DNA of 14,992 nucleotides from a virus (Duplodnaviria; Heunggongvirae; Uroviricota; Caudoviricetes): IMG/VR virus record IMGVR_UViG_3300002461_001191; one strand, 5' to 3'. Shown piece by piece: positions 14,968 to 14,992 of this stretch (position 1 is its first letter; each line of letters starts with the position of its first letter). The notes under the pieces were generated by a model. It saw only the letters and a program-made list of their open reading frames with translations, ran no database searches and was not told where the DNA came from. The position numbers and the translations under genes were made by a program.

Positions 14968-14992
14968 TTTCTTTGTTGAAGCAGTCTAATGA

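Overview
Very AT-rich, gene-dense window with frequent strand switches, about 21 plausible CDSs and consensus sigma70-type promoters in front of many individual genes. There are no core housekeeping, rRNA, tRNA, CRISPR, integrase, virion or conjugation genes. The content mixes phage/plasmid-type accessory genes (two DUF285/BspA-like repeat proteins, DUF4031, a metallophosphoesterase, a HAD nucleotidase-like protein, a Pth2-type peptidyl-tRNA hydrolase, small phage-like hypotheticals) with genes that look taken from a betaproteobacterial host (DUF4148 repeat protein, Burkholderiales-type ECF sigma factor, DsbB, PagP-like outer-membrane barrel). Best reading, by inference: an accessory region of a jumbo phage or giant plasmid-like element of a Burkholderiales-like host. 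The strongest unexplained signal is a shared C-terminal tail (Leu-periodic helix, N/S/T-rich spacer, basic ...K-x-K-I/V end) on several unrelated proteins that lack signal peptides, a candidate sorting, translocation or packaging tag. Also notable: a translationally coupled PLP-enzyme plus HExxH-protein pair, an orphan ECF sigma with a divergent region 2, and a dyad-rich intergenic region at 4405-4713. All family calls come from motif recognition by eye, not database searches.
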